Of a stretch of DNA of 64,000 bases, positions 1 through 15,146 are shown in pieces (the first letter of the stretch is position 1; every line of letters begins with the position of its first letter). The position numbers were made by a program, and so were the translations under genes. The stretch lies in the NCBI GenBank assembly GCA_000165425.1, contig CT868665.1, positions 124,001 through 188,000 of the forward strand. Direction: 5' to 3'. Under the pieces are notes generated by a model, which saw only the letters and a list, made by a program, of their open reading frames with translations, had not been told where the DNA came from and searched no databases. This DNA comes from Paramecium tetraurelia (taxonomy: Eukaryota).

Positions 1-1327
1 CATGAATGAATGCTACAACTCACTACTAGAAGCCACAATTCCAGAAGAAATCTTATGTCGAGATTATGAAAAGGACTTGATCACTAAGTTTATCGAAGAT
101 GGCATCAAGAGCAATGGCTAATCTTAAGCCTTATGTAATATTCATATTTATTAATCCTAGATATATCTGGAGTTCCAGGAATTGGTAAGACTGCAACTGT
201 TATGGAAGCCTAAAAGAAGTTATCGAGCAAAAAAGATAACTTCTAATTTATCTATGCTAATGCAATGAATTTTGGATTGCCAGACAATATTTACTCGTAT
301 TTACTAGAAAAAATCACTACTATAAAGGATGCTTCTAAGGCCTAAGCATGCATCTTACTAAGTATTATATGCTTATTATACAATTAGCTGAACTATTCAC
401 CAAGGGTTCTTTACCTGCAACATACAAAGCTTATGATAAATCAGTGATCAAAAAGAATAGGGTTATTCTATTAGATGAATGTGATAATCTATTTACTCCT
501 GATTAATAAGTATTGTATAATTTGGTGGACTGGCCGTAACAAAAGCATGCAAAACTTACGATAATTATGATTGCAAATACTATGGACTTCCCAGAGAGAC
601 TCAAACCAAAACTATAATCAAGACTTGGAAATCATAGAGTAGTGTTTAGACCATACACTAGTGCTCAAATAGAAACCATATTGCAATAAAGAATGAAGGA
701 TAAGAAAATCAAAGAATTGTTTGCCTCCAACACTCTAAATTATCTTGGTAAGAAGATAGCAACAATCTCAACTGACATCAGAAAGACATTGTGTGTTTGC
801 AGAAAGGCTATAGAAATTGGAAGGGAGGAACTTCAGAGAACTGGGTAATTCAAATAAATTGAAGTCAATCATGTCAAATTAGCTTATGATAGAATTTATA
901 ACAAGGCCTATCATGCATGCTTAAATTCATTCAGTAAATCCCTGAAGTTGTTGTTAATTACTACTGCTTTAGAAATACACATCAAAGGTTACAATGTAGC
1001 TAACCTTCAATAAGTCCTTCAGAGATATAATCAATATTTGATATAAAACAAAGATGATCCAATTGGATATTAAGAGATGAAATAGATCCTCATGAAATTG
1101 AGTGAGTTAAATTTAGTTGAAATAAAAGAATAAAATATTCTGTTGACCAAAACTTCTTGGTAATAGAAAGTGAATGTAAAAAATCAATATTATTTTAGGA
1201 TTCACTCCAAAAGGATAATTTGAGAAATATTAATGATGTAATAATTCATTTGAAAATCAACGTTGACGATATCAAGAATGGTCTCTCAAATGACACATTA
1301 TTTTAATAGTTTTCTTAGTTTTTCTGA
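1..1327 (+). CDS. ORC1: ORC1/CDC6-family AAA+ replication initiator, 3' part (5' end lies outside the window); contains short introns, e.g. 135-160
   Basis: Code-6 translation shows Walker A YISGVPGIGKTATV, Walker B VILLDECDNL and IANTMDFPERLKPKLQSRLG..FRPY, typical of ORC1; ends at TGA 1325-1327. Confidence 0.85.
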
Positions 1328-2055
1328 TTTATTTAGAATTTATATTATATTATTTATATTTTATTATAATAAAACTTGTGCGATTAATTTACATTTTAAT
1401 TTAAGTTGTTAATATATTTGTTTATATCTAATACCCAATAAATTGAATAGTAAATAGAAGAAGGAATCATTCACTAATTGTTCTTATTTTGTATGACTCT
1501 TTCAATAAATGAATCTTATAATTTACAATTAAATTTATTAGTTTGCAATTAGAATTCCACTTAATATTATATACTCTTAGTACTTTTAGTATTCTTATAA
1601 AAAAGATATTGTAATTATTGCAATTAAATTAATTACATAGATATATCAAAATTAATATATTTATTTAGTTGTATTTAGATTTATTTCTGGATAATTGTTG
1701 GTGTAATTATTTCAGAGAATAACAATTAATTGTTGATTGATGCGGTGATTTACTTATAAAAATGCTATTTTAATTAAGAAGGAGTGGAATTCAAATAGTA
1801 AGTTTTTAAAATATTTAGAATTAGGATGGAATGGTCGACTATTTTTTTGATTTGATTTAGATTGAATTTATATTTAATACTTTAATATGCATAGAAATAA
1901 TTAAATGTCATATTCTTATTTATATTTGTAAATCAAAACAATTTGATCAATGAAGAGAAATTAAAGAAATATCAGTTGAAGTTAGATTGAGTTGTAAAGA
2001 AATTTCTGAAAAACCATTTTAAGTAGTTATAATAAAATTAATATAAAACTCAATT

Positions 2056-3951
2056 ATGAATTCATGGACTCTTTCATTTATGGATTCAAATTTGGAATCC
2101 TAATTTTCACATGCTCAACAAAAACAAGTTCTGAGATGTTAAGATAGACAAAGATGGCTAATTATTGTTATTTTAGCTCTTCTGATAGTTGAATAGGTGT
2201 TGGCAGAGTTTTGGATTAGTGTTGCGATTTGGGGTTTTAGTTTTGGATTATTATTCATTTCATATAGATTTAGAAATGAAACGAAAATCATCGAAAAAAT
2301 ATTTTTTATCACAATAATTATGTTACTTGCCATATATAAACAAAATTCTAAATTTTTTGATGGTATATCAAAGGAATAATTCAATATTGACTCAGTCCTG
2401 ACTACATCTGCAACTTTTTGGTATAATTATCATTAATTTAGTATCATTCGAAATTTTAAAATTGTGAAATAATACTTAATTTTGATGATCATATTTTTGT
2501 TAAATATGGTAATTTAATACAGAAATGTTGGAGTTTCAGCTCTCACTATTTTATAAAATTTAATTTATATAGCAATGATAATTCAACATCTTTATCAAAG
2601 AGAATAACATAGAAGAATTAATTATATTGAGGATATTAATTAAGTGAACATTAATCAAATACTCTTCAATTAATTAAATTTGTAATTATATAGAGTTGCT
2701 TATGACACGGCTGCTTGTCAACTTATTCTACTTCAAAGGAATTTATTATCATCAATCAATTAAGAGGAGTAAATAGAATTCAATAATTAGATAAGGTAGA
2801 TTAAAATATCAATTAAAAAAAATAAGAGAATTTCAGAACAAATTGTGTTAAATCAAATTAATTAACAAATGACTTTGGAGTAGTTTTTGGTTTTGATACT
2901 AAACATAAAGTCTTCTAAATTAACTCAAGAGGTCTTGAATCAGAATGAGTATCAATTAGTGGGAGTATTGAACTATGAGGATTTTCAGATCTCCATACAT
3001 CGAACCTTTTATATCATGCCAAGTGTGATAATACTCATTAAGAAAAACTACAAGGAACATCAAATTGAGGAGTTGAAATTGAAAAGAGATACACTCAAAC
3101 GTGGATTAGACACAATTCAAGATATATTTGTTACTAATATCAGGCCTGTGTTAATATACTATGCTTGGATTAAATAACATTCAAATGTATAGAAAGATGC
3201 ATCTAAAATTAAAGTACTTCATAAAATAATATAAGCCAAACTTTACAAAGCACAACATGAATATCAAAACTTAAAAGATTTCTTTTAAATTAATAAATCA
3301 TTCTAAAAAACCGTGATCTTATCCTTTTCCATAGATAAGATCATGTCATTTATTATCGAAGTAGTTTGTGAAAATTTATTAAACAAGAAAAATCTCAAAA
3401 TACAATTTCTTAACAAATTACAACATAAGGAAATTAATTAAGACTAGGCTTAATTTATTTAACTATTTTTCAATTTGTTATTCTTCATTTCTGAGAAATC
3501 AGAGGATATTAAAATCACAATTAAAGATTTTTAGATGCCTGAAATAATACATCAAATTCTACAGGTTAAGATTGATTATATAGGACATCCTATTTCAAGA
3601 TAATTCTTATAAAAGTTGCCAATAATCAATCCTGAAAATCTGCAAGATTATATCCATAACAGTACTGGTACATTTAGTCTTGATTTGCCGATTGCTCTGA
3701 TGATCATAAGGAAACTAGGGCCTTAAGATAAATTAATTTGGAAGTAAGTGAATAGGGGTGAAATTTCTTTAGAATTTTATCTATACAGAAATCTCCCTAG
3801 TGATCTTCATCTTTTACCTGTTATCTCTCTAAAACCTCACAAAAACATTATATACAAATCCAGCCAAACGAGAAGGAAAACTCTAATTTATGATCACATA
3901 TATGAAACTGTTCACTTGCCAGCCATACAAACGGATAGAGAATTGCTATGA
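2056..3951 (+). CDS. Multi-pass membrane protein with a degenerate histidine-kinase-like (HATPase_c-like) C-terminus, about 631 aa
   Basis: One code-6 ORF joins track ORFs 2197, 2887 and 3748 in a single frame. It has several N-terminal hydrophobic helices. The C-terminus has QLFFNLLFF / VKIDYIG / SLDLPIALMIIRKLGP, resembling decayed N, G1 and G2 boxes. Confidence 0.65.
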
Positions 3952-3994
3952 AGAATTTTATTTGTTTTTTTATACATAATTATATTGATATTAA

Positions 3995-6900
3995 TCATTA
4001 TGAGAGATTATCATATATTTTTTCCACATATATCAAAGTCTTTAGAAAACTGTCTTCTCCATAAACCGATTATGGTGGCAAAATGTAAGGTAATTGTCTT
4101 ATTATAAAAAAACGATTCTTGAAAAATCGAAATAGTAAAAAAGATGCCAAACATTGGTAAATGATAATAATGCAAAGAAATAAAGCAAATAGCAATCGTC
4201 TTGCAGTGACTTCATGATCAAATTTATCTATTAAATACCATTACCCAGATGACATTATATTTTCAAATCCTATTGCTATGTAATTTAAACCAAATAAATC
4301 TAAAATGGTAATGTTTGATACAAAATCTGATTTATAATCGTTTTGAATATTTTCTCTAACCTTTTAGCTAAAATAATCTGTCGAATAGATCAATCCCTGA
4401 GTGAGTTTACCATCGATCACAACTCTACACATGTCATCTTTAATTAAAACACAAGCATCTGTAGTCAAGAATTACAATAAATCATAATAACTTGTTTATG
4501 CTTAAGATGTTAGTTCTTAAGTGAAGGTCACAACTTAAAGATAGGATTCGTTGACCAATTGTTTGTATTAACCAATTACATCTTCACCTAATTTAGAATT
4601 CTAATTATGGTTAGAATATCTCAGTAGAACCGAATCAGCCATCATCATTTAGTAAAATTATTCAGTATATATGATATTTTAATTGAATAGATCTAAATTA
4701 TTTTGTAAATCGTTAATATTTTAAGAGTTAAACAATTTTACTGTTAGGAAATAACCAAAACCTAATAAATAAGTGATTATAGAGAACAAAAAAAAGAATC
4801 TTTAAAAATATGGCTTTTCATCAGCTATCAGAAACTGTTTTTTCTACTCTAATTATTACACTATCTATTGATAACGCAATGAGACCTTTTTGCTCCCAAA
4901 AAAATCATTAAAATTAGTTTATGGATTACATTTGTCTTTAAAGGAAAATTGGTACTTATATAGATTCAAATCAGCGGATTACTAGTAGTGATGTTGTAAT
5001 GAAAGTAGTCTAATAGATTCTGTTTCCAGTGCTTTAAAAGATATTTATTCACAACTTCTCAGAATTCTATTCAAAAGTTTAAATGATTGCGAGAAAATCA
5101 CCACATAAGTTATGACAAATAGAATTTCAGTCAAAGTAAATAAAATTAAACAGATATTCTATTGAATTTCCAAATCAGAAACATTAGAATTTAATTAGTC
5201 TTAGAACTTGATAGTCAATTCCTCATATGTTTCTTTGTGTACTTGATACTGTCTTATCAATGAGATCAATGAACTATTGAATCTTTAAATGGTTGTCACA
5301 TTATTCAAATCTATTCCATACAATCCTTACAACATATAAATTACATAGAATTGTTCTGTCCATGCACTCACAATTTGTTCATTTCCACTGTATACATCAT
5401 ATTAATTAATGTTTATGTTTGATAAGGTTGATTTAACAAGACTGTCATCTAAATATTCTTGATAATGTGATAGATAGATCTCACTATTATTTTGCACCAA
5501 TTCAAGCAACTTATCTTGATAATTGATTTCTGTCGTCATGTATCCCTCATATTAACTAGTGTCTATACCTATTGCCAATAAAGTATTCTTAGTGTAATCA
5601 GTAGTTACAAAAGCCTTTAAGATTCCAACAATTTTCATGTTATCATCCAATTTTTATTGGAAACTAAAGTAGAAAATAAAAGATAAAATTAAGAGCAACA
5701 ACAAATTCAAACCATCAATCATCAAAATTACATTGATCAATCTGGGATTATTGCCTTATGAAGAAAACTTACTATAAAGATGTGTTTTCTACAGGATTGA
5801 AGGAAATCCATTATTAGGAGTGGTAGCTGTCTGTGTAATTCTAATTTCTTGTTCTTTTTAAACTTATTAATTTTCTGATTGATTATTTTCGACATCAAAG
5901 GATTTCTTGGATACCGACTTATAAAAGTAGGATAGTTGATGTTTCTGTTTAGGTTTAATATGTTGAGAACTCTTGTTTATTTATTATAACTGTTGTAGAC
6001 TCAGCCCATCAATTTGAACACTGTTAATATTTTAGTCTAAATTTTGGATGTTTGGAATCTAGCTTTTCTCTTCATTAATTAAGGATAATAGATCTCTTTA
6101 AGAGTCAAAGGGACTGTGAAAATTGGGGCCTATCTGAAATTGATATTCTTGAAAATTGATCGATTGATTAAGTTTTTATTCGTCAATATTTGAAAATTCA
6201 CAATTTTGATCACTATTAGTGAACATCCTTTCATCATCATGCTTTTCTGAACCAGAGAGTTCTCTTTAGAGAGAGGGGACAAAGTTTGTATCTGTTCTAG
6301 TTCTTGATTATAGATTTCTTGAAGACTCTATCCAAATTTAACTGGTGTTATCTGCAAATGTTATTTTCTATAATAAAATTAAGTATGATTTGTATTCTTT
6401 TTAATTGATTTTTCCAATTGTCATAATAAATTTACAGGATATACAATAAGTTTCTGGGGCTGTCCCTTCTTTAGGAATTCTAAATAATAGATCATCTGCA
6501 GAAACAGAAAAGTGATTCAACAGTTATTCAGCCTCATTATACTCTAATTTTTTAGTACAACTTCCTTACTCTTATCGTAGTGCTTCTTATTCTTGGAATT
6601 TCTTCTCTTTGCCATTCAAAAGATCTAAGTACTTTTTGAAGTTCTAAATTAAGTGGAATATCTTTTTTAAATATAATGATTTTCCATTTTTCATTTTAAA
6701 TTATTCCAAAGCCATAGTAGATATCCCTTCAATTCTTAACTCATGATTTAAGAAGATATGTCCTTTGACATTTTCATAGGCTCCATCAGATCTAATTTAT
6801 TTTAAAAAACAGTAAACTGGGAATACATCTCCTTGGATATTGAAACAAATGTCTATAAACATTTCTACAAATATCAAGTCTTTATTCTTTTTATATCCTA

Positions 6901-9372
6901 GTAAACCTCTCTTTTTCCTCAAGATTTGTGGTCTATTAGTCAACAAAAAGATCTCGATCAATTGATCATGAATAGCCGACAGATGAGGAATAACCAGTTG
7001 ATGCACAGTCAAAACTTCATCTTTGAATTCTCTTAATCCATACCCAAACATATGAGGAGCATTATTTGAGAACTGAATGATTTCTCCTCTTGAGATCTTC
7101 CCTTTTTAAGCATGTCTTGCTAAATTAATTTTGAAATAGCACACCTTGGCTCCTTGTTGATGATTATTTGGTGCATTGAATTCGAAGAATTTATAATTCT
7201 TAGTTTTCAGTTGATTTCTCAACCTAATGAACTTATCGAAATCATTAAGGATTTCAATAGAATAAAACATATAAATTAATAGACTAGTTCTCGAAAATGA
7301 AAATTGATTAAACTATTCGATTTTCTGAATAACTTCTAAATTATACTTCACCATATTATTAATTACTTAATATAGGTTTTCATAGTTATATTTTGTATCA
7401 ATTAATTTTCTAATAAAGTCATATTTCACTTGAATATTATTAAACATTTCTGATATGAGTTTATCTCTTCTGACTTCTGTTATTCGATAATCCTTGTATT
7501 GCAATGCTGCTTCTACCTCATCAATCTTTACTAAGGGATTCATCTTCTGCAGAATATGATGCTTGATGTAACTCAATAACACAGTCATTACTACATTATA
7601 GGATTGATTCTTTAAATTCATGACTTTCTCCTTGATCTCCATCACTAATAACAAGATTTAATAGCATTCCTCTGAAGTTCCAAGATAAGTCAGTAATTAC
7701 GTGATTCGTATAATATCAAAGTTTTCTTTTTCTTTTTCCAATTCGAATATGAGTTTTGTGTAATATCTGATGTATCTTTTAATCAACTCAACTTGAATTG
7801 AGATGTTTTTAATCTTGATAGATTTATAGATTCTCATCTCTAATTCATGATAATTATTTTCAATAATCCTTCTGGCTTCTCCTCTAAATCCTTTGCAATA
7901 ACAATAAACATTGTCACATACTATGATATGTTGTTTTAATAGCACTATCACATTCAATAGAAATTTAGATCTGCTTACATTGATGACAGAATTGTCTTTC
8001 TCAATAATTTATTGATTATCAAGTCTCATCAAATCCACTAATCTCAAATAATGAATGAAAAATATAGAATTTTGATTCTGTAAAAATTCAAGTTGAATCT
8101 GTCTTTGATTGTTCAATTCCTTTTCTATAACAAATTATTATTCCTCTTCAACTAGAAGTCCAGTTTTGGATTGAGCTCTTACTTTTGATCTCTATTTTTC
8201 TTTATATTATGACTAATATAGAATTTAGTCACTTCGATACTTTTTGATCTCATTCAAAAATCTTGAAACCAATGGCACTGCTATCAGAGAGATAGATATG
8301 ATTTCAATTTGATTATGCTATGAAATTAGTGATATGATAACAGTGATAGTAAATGGAATGATAATGAGGATTGTTTCAGTTTTGTAAGTCTCCATAAAAG
8401 GAAGACAAATAAAGAACTCAATTAAATTCCCAATTTGAAGAATTAGAATTGTAGCATTGTTAAGATAATAATGAGTCGAATTATTATCATAATCACTGTC
8501 TTAGTACATAATGAAATAAAACTACTGGATGATTATTGGTAAGATAATGATGAGTTATGATAAATTAAACCAAAACGACTTAATTAGTCTAAGATGATTA
8601 TTATCTCTGATTGTAAAGGTTTATTGGATTTGCATAGATAAATACCAAACTAATAAAGTTCCGATGTTATTTATGATGTTAAAAAAGATCATGAATCCAA
8701 ATTGATAGCCAACTAATTTATCATCATAAAATATGATATTCCAAATTACGAAAGTCCAAATTAGCAATGGGATTACTATAATGTGAGGGTATATATTCAA
8801 AAATGAGGCTTACATGAATTTCTCCATTTGTTTAAATGAGGACTACTCATTGCCCATGAATTATTTTTATAGAAAGTATTCAATGTAGTTGTGCATATTG
8901 TAGGAACGATTCAATAAATTTAGATTATCTTAATTGATATATTTAATGCATTACAATTAAGGTTGTCTTGATCGTCAATTGAGGAACAGTATTTAATGGT
9001 AGAGTACTCGAACTTCTCTTTGTGCATTGCAAAAAATGTGAATACTATGGGTCCATATAGGAATAGGATAATTAGAGATTGTATTACAATAATCCCATCA
9101 TAAGTTAGACTATCAAATAATAAGATAGTAGGAACAGATAATTTTGACATCAATTCAAACAAGGAATATTGATCAGTTGTTTTGATATAGTGATTGAAAA
9201 TTCTAACTTGAAGAATTTCCATAATTACTTTGAATAGAAAAAGTAATGCTAGTTTTTAAAGATGAGCAACTACTTCAATGAAGATCCAGAAATATTTAGA
9301 GTCCCTTGAAAGTATGATCTATGAAAATCCGATTGTAAATTATTAATACTCCAGCCAATATTGCTTTATCAT
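3995..9372 (-). CDS. Large PAS-domain multi-pass membrane protein (TmcB/TmcC-like ciliate family), about 1790 aa
   Basis: Long code-6 frame from MIKQYWLEY. It has an N-terminal TM bundle, a KQHIIVCDNVYCYC motif, a PAS-like segment (GEIIQFSNNAPHMFGY..VHQLVIPHLSAIHDQLI) and further TM helices near the C-terminus; TGA at 3995-3997. Confidence 0.75.
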
Positions 9373-9381
9373 TTATAATAA
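9373..9381. promoter_or_regulatory. 9-nt spacer (TTATAATAA) between two divergent ATGs; putative bidirectional start region
   Basis: The sequence reads CAT(9370-9372)-TTATAATAA-ATG(9382-9384); both strands read ..TAAATG. Confidence 0.55.
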
Positions 9382-10998
9382 ATGATTAAATTCGGATCGA
9401 ACTATGCTTCTAAAATATAGCATCTATATTCAAATAAGCCTTTCTCCTTTGCAGTATAGCAATCAATCAATCAATTAGATCATTGGGAGTGGTCCAGCAG
9501 GTCTTTATACGGCTAAACACTTGTTCAATGATATTGAGAATATCAACATTCATGTTTTTGAATAGGATCTCTGTCCTACAGGGTTGATAAGATATGGAAT
9601 GGCTCCAGATCATTAGAGAATTAAACGAGTAGCAGAAGAACTGTTAACCATCAAACAGAATGAACATTGTCATTATTTTGGAGGAGTCTCTATTGTAATT
9701 AAGAATATATAAAAAAGGGTAAAGACATAACCATTAACGAATTGGATCAATTGTATTCAGCAGTTTTTTATGCTTATGGTGCATAGATTGATAAACCATT
9801 GAATATTCAAGGAGAACAATTATAAAATGTTTATTCTGCTCGTCAAATTGTTAATTGGTACAACAGTCATCCAGATTACTGTGATCTTGATATTGATTTT
9901 AAGAACAAAAATAATATTGCAATTATAGGGTGTAATTGAATTATTAATTTTTAGAAATGGTAATGTTGCTCTTGACATTGCTAGAATATTTGGATTAGAT
10001 TAGGATGAATTGCAGAAGACTGATATTAATGAGATTTCCATAGATAAATTAAAGAATAATCAAATAAATAATGTAGGATCATTTCATTATATTAGATTGT
10101 TATTATAGGAAGGAGAGGTCTAGTCCAATCTTAATTTTCATTAAAGGAACTCAGAGAAATGACAAAATTATCCTAATTTAGATTCCTATTATATAAACCA
10201 GACTTACTTTGGAGTTTGAATGAGGAGAGTCAAACTGAATGCAAAGACTTAGGCGTAAATTATGGGAATGTGGTATGATATTAATGATGAATATGTAGAC
10301 TAGAGGGAATAGAAGAAAACTAGAATTTATGAAAAGCTTTGAAATTATTGAGGATGAAGCAACAATGAACTCAATATTGAAACAAGGTAGTAATGGAAGG
10401 ATCAATGTTATTTTGCGATTCTTGCTGACTCCTCTTAAAATAGAGTTGAAGGAGAATAAGTTGAATTTGAAATTGTAACACAATTAATTGGCAGGGAAAC
10501 CATTTAATCAAGTTGCAATGCCATTGGATTAATAATCAATTTTGGAATGTGATATGATTATTAAATCAGTTGGTTATTAGTCTCACAAGTATCAGTATAG
10601 TTATTAAACATAGCATCGATAATGATATACCTTGGAATTCTGAGTAAAATATAGTAGACAATTCTGATGGGTGTATTAAGAAGGATCCTACGAAATTGAA
10701 GACGGGATCTTATGCTTGTGGTTGGATTAAAACAGGTCCCAAAGGAGTAATTGATTCTACATTTGCTTCATCTTAAGAGACGATAGTTAATTTTAAGAAT
10801 CATATGGATGCTGATTTGATTAGGAATGTTCATGATCCGTACGAGCAAGTGGTAAATCTGTTAAGATAGAGATCGATCAATTATATTGATTTCAAGGTTT
10901 GGGATAGAATCAATGAATTCGAAATAGAGCAAGGTCAAAAGGCGAAGAAGCCTAGAATAAAATTAATGAGAAATAGGGACTTGTTGTAATTCTTATGA
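9382..10998 (+). CDS. FDXR: NADPH:adrenodoxin oxidoreductase (mitochondrial ferredoxin reductase); several tiny introns
   Basis: FAD motif FAIIGSGPAGLY (after a 25-nt intron), GLIRYGMAPDH, NADP motif IIG-NGNVALDIAR, IIGRRG, and YACGWIKTGPKGVIDST. Confidence 0.92.
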
Positions 10999-11040
10999 TT
11001 ATTGTGTTGGTATATTTAACATAAATATATTTATTCAAAA

Positions 11041-11503
11041 ATGTATATGAGATCGATCTTCAAATTGAGATAAGCCTTTTCAGGTATATATTTAATGTGA
11101 GTGACTAAGTCTTAACTAAATACACCAAGGATCATGAATGGATTAAATATGACACACAATCAAAGATTGCTAAAATTGGAATTACAGATTATGCATAAAA
11201 GGAATTAGGAGATATAGTGCATGTTGATTTCCAAAAAGTGGGATTGGTATTCAAAACACACCAATCATTGGGAGCAATCGAAAGTGTCAAAGTTGCTGCT
11301 GACATCTATGCTCCAGTTGCTGGTGAAATTGTTGGAGTAATTGACTCATTTATAATTAGATTAACGAAGATTTAAAGGACTCTCCCAATTTGATCAATGA
11401 GAAGGCTGAGGAAACATGGATTTTGCAAGCCAAAGTGTAAAACGAATCTGAATTAGACACCTTGTTGGATAAATAATCATACGATAAGATCATCAACAAA
11501 TGA
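11041..11503 (+). CDS. GCSH: Glycine cleavage system H protein (lipoyl carrier), mitochondrial; 2 introns
   Basis: KYTKDHEWI, IGITDYAQKELGDIVHV and the lipoyl-lysine motif IESVKVAADIYAPVAGE; basic N-terminal presequence MYMRSIFKLRQAFS. Confidence 0.95.
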
Positions 11504-11581
11504 GAATATTAATATTAGAAATACATCATAATCTAACAACCATTTCATATGTCTATATATTAATCACATAAAATTATAAAT

Positions 11582-13214
11582 TCAATATATTATGCCTAAA
11601 TGGTTTTCTCTAATCCATCCACAGCAATTAATCACTCTCTCGTGATCCATTATTGGTTACTCAACAAAGTACTTGATTATTCTTTATCCCTAATGATTTT
11701 GTTCATTTGCACCCTCCTGATTATCCAATATGGCTTCAATCAATAATTCATCTTCTGTTAATTATTTCCCATTCATCTTTGCCAAATAGTAATTCTCTTC
11801 AACCTCAGGAAGTTGAGCAATTCTCTTCTAAATTAACTATATAATTATTTATATCTAATTTACTTCTTCAATTCTTTTCAAATCAAGTTGTAAGGGAGCC
11901 TAACTTAATTTCTTATAAAATTCTATTGCTTGATAGTACTTCCTTGATCTTAATAGTTTTTTCACAAATTCAATTAAGATTTGCTTATCTGCTAAATTCT
12001 TAATGATTTCGTTGACTACATTATCCTATTCTGGTGTAAACTCTATCTGCAATAAATTCAAAATATCCTACTAATTGATCATCTGTATAACAAAGTATCT
12101 CAGAGCTTATTCATCCTTTAATTCTGTGACATACACATATGCTTACAAAGATCTTTTAGAGGCAATCAATAATTTAATAATGATGTCGCTATTACTTAGA
12201 CAATTCCAATCTATTTTACTTGCTAATAATAACTCATAAGCATCCTATTCTTAATGCAATTCCATCAGTTCTTCGATTACTAATAATTTCCAATTCTCAA
12301 TTTCGAAATAATATAACATCATGAGTTTGACAATATCTGGAAATTATTGTTTTGGATCTCTATCCATTAGGTAAATGGCTTGATAAAGTTGAACATATTT
12401 GCCTCTCACGATTTCTGCTTCTTGAATTTCCTTAGTGGATTGAATGTATGTGAGTATTAGTTCTTATTGATATATTGTTAATTCTGACATCATCCTTAAT
12501 ACTTATCTTCCAGTCTCTTCCTACAACATCTATTGTATTTCTGTCCTACACAAAATCACCTTCTATAATAGCTTATTTTGAGGTGAAGTCAAAAAGTCAA
12601 AAATACACCTCCAATTCTGTTTATAAAATTCAAAGTTCCTCAATACACAATTGATGTCGTTGATTCTGCTGAATTTCTGTTGCAAATTCTCAAGATCCTT
12701 TTATGCAAGAGGAGATGGAGGGAACTTACTGATTTCCTTTTTTTTTCGATCTATTTTAAATAAATTTTATACTTAAAAGTGAGTTAAAGAGTTTCACTAT
12801 GCGATTCGATATTTACTTCTAACATTGATTATGTTCGATTGCCAAATCAAGCAATTAATTCTGCATGTCAAAAATTATATGAGCCATATCATCAAGTGTT
12901 TTCAAGTAGTAATAACCATTTAATGGTGATATATCCCGCCTATATAGTAATTTGATCAAAATATCCAAGCCAGTGTCATATTTTAACATTGTGAATAGTA
13001 ACTTCTGCCTTTCTTGTTGATACTACTCAGATGACATCACTTCATGATTTATTTTCAATTTAATTGTGATTTTATCCAAAATATCTGGTAAAATCATAAA
13101 GTTCATATCAAAGAAATAATGATCTTGATTGGCTATCAAAGTCTCTTCTTCTACTTTTTAGAGACCAAAGTTCCACTACTACTATTAATAATTTTATGGG
13201 ATTTCTTGATCCAT
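11582..13214 (-). CDS. ELYS-domain-like (nuclear pore complex assembly) helical protein
   Basis: The segment YVQLYQAIYLMDRD...KLLIASKRSLQAYVY...LNLLQIEFTPEQDNVV...LLRSRKYYQAIEF parallels the ELYS domain pattern (VKLIQGFWLIDH...LLFNRCMVEAWNF...LLKLPFTDTEQ...LQRANYVPALKL). Matched by eye. Confidence 0.6.
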
Positions 13215-13282
13215 TTATTTTTAATTATTTAAACACTAAAAAATAACTATTCCAAATCACAACTATCCTACTTCAAATATCA

Positions 13283-13749
13283 ATGAAATAAAAATTGAAA
13301 TTCGATGAAACACTATATGCAGATGTAGAATATTTGGATGACAAGGGAAATTTCGATTTTAAGAAGTTTGCTGATGCTGCATCTGAATCAATCAAAATTA
13401 AAAATAAAGACAAAGCTTAAAATAATTTCGTTCAAATTCAATAGAAATGGGATCAATAAAGATAAGCCATTAAAAATCAGAAGATGGAAATCAAATCTAA
13501 ACCTGTTAGTGAAGTAAACAAAAAGTAAATGGAAATAATAGATGAACTAAAGAAAAGAAAATCCAAATTGTAGGACCTAGTCAAGAACTCTTAAAATATA
13601 GATAATTAAATCAAAGAAACTAGTCACAAAGTTGCTTAAATTAAAAAATAACCTTCAGTGTAAAAGGTTGCTTAATAAATGGATAAACTAACTCCAGATT
13701 AGGCTTAAGTCCGACTCTTCAGATTTGATTAAATGGAAAAAGTCTAATT

Positions 13750-13756
<7 letters not shown>
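13283..13756 (+). CDS. Hypothetical coiled-coil protein, 157 aa
   Basis: Intronless code-6 ORF MKQKLKFDETLYADVEYLDD...KVQFQ*, K/E/Q-rich. Confidence 0.7.
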
Positions 13757-15146
<1,390 letters not shown>

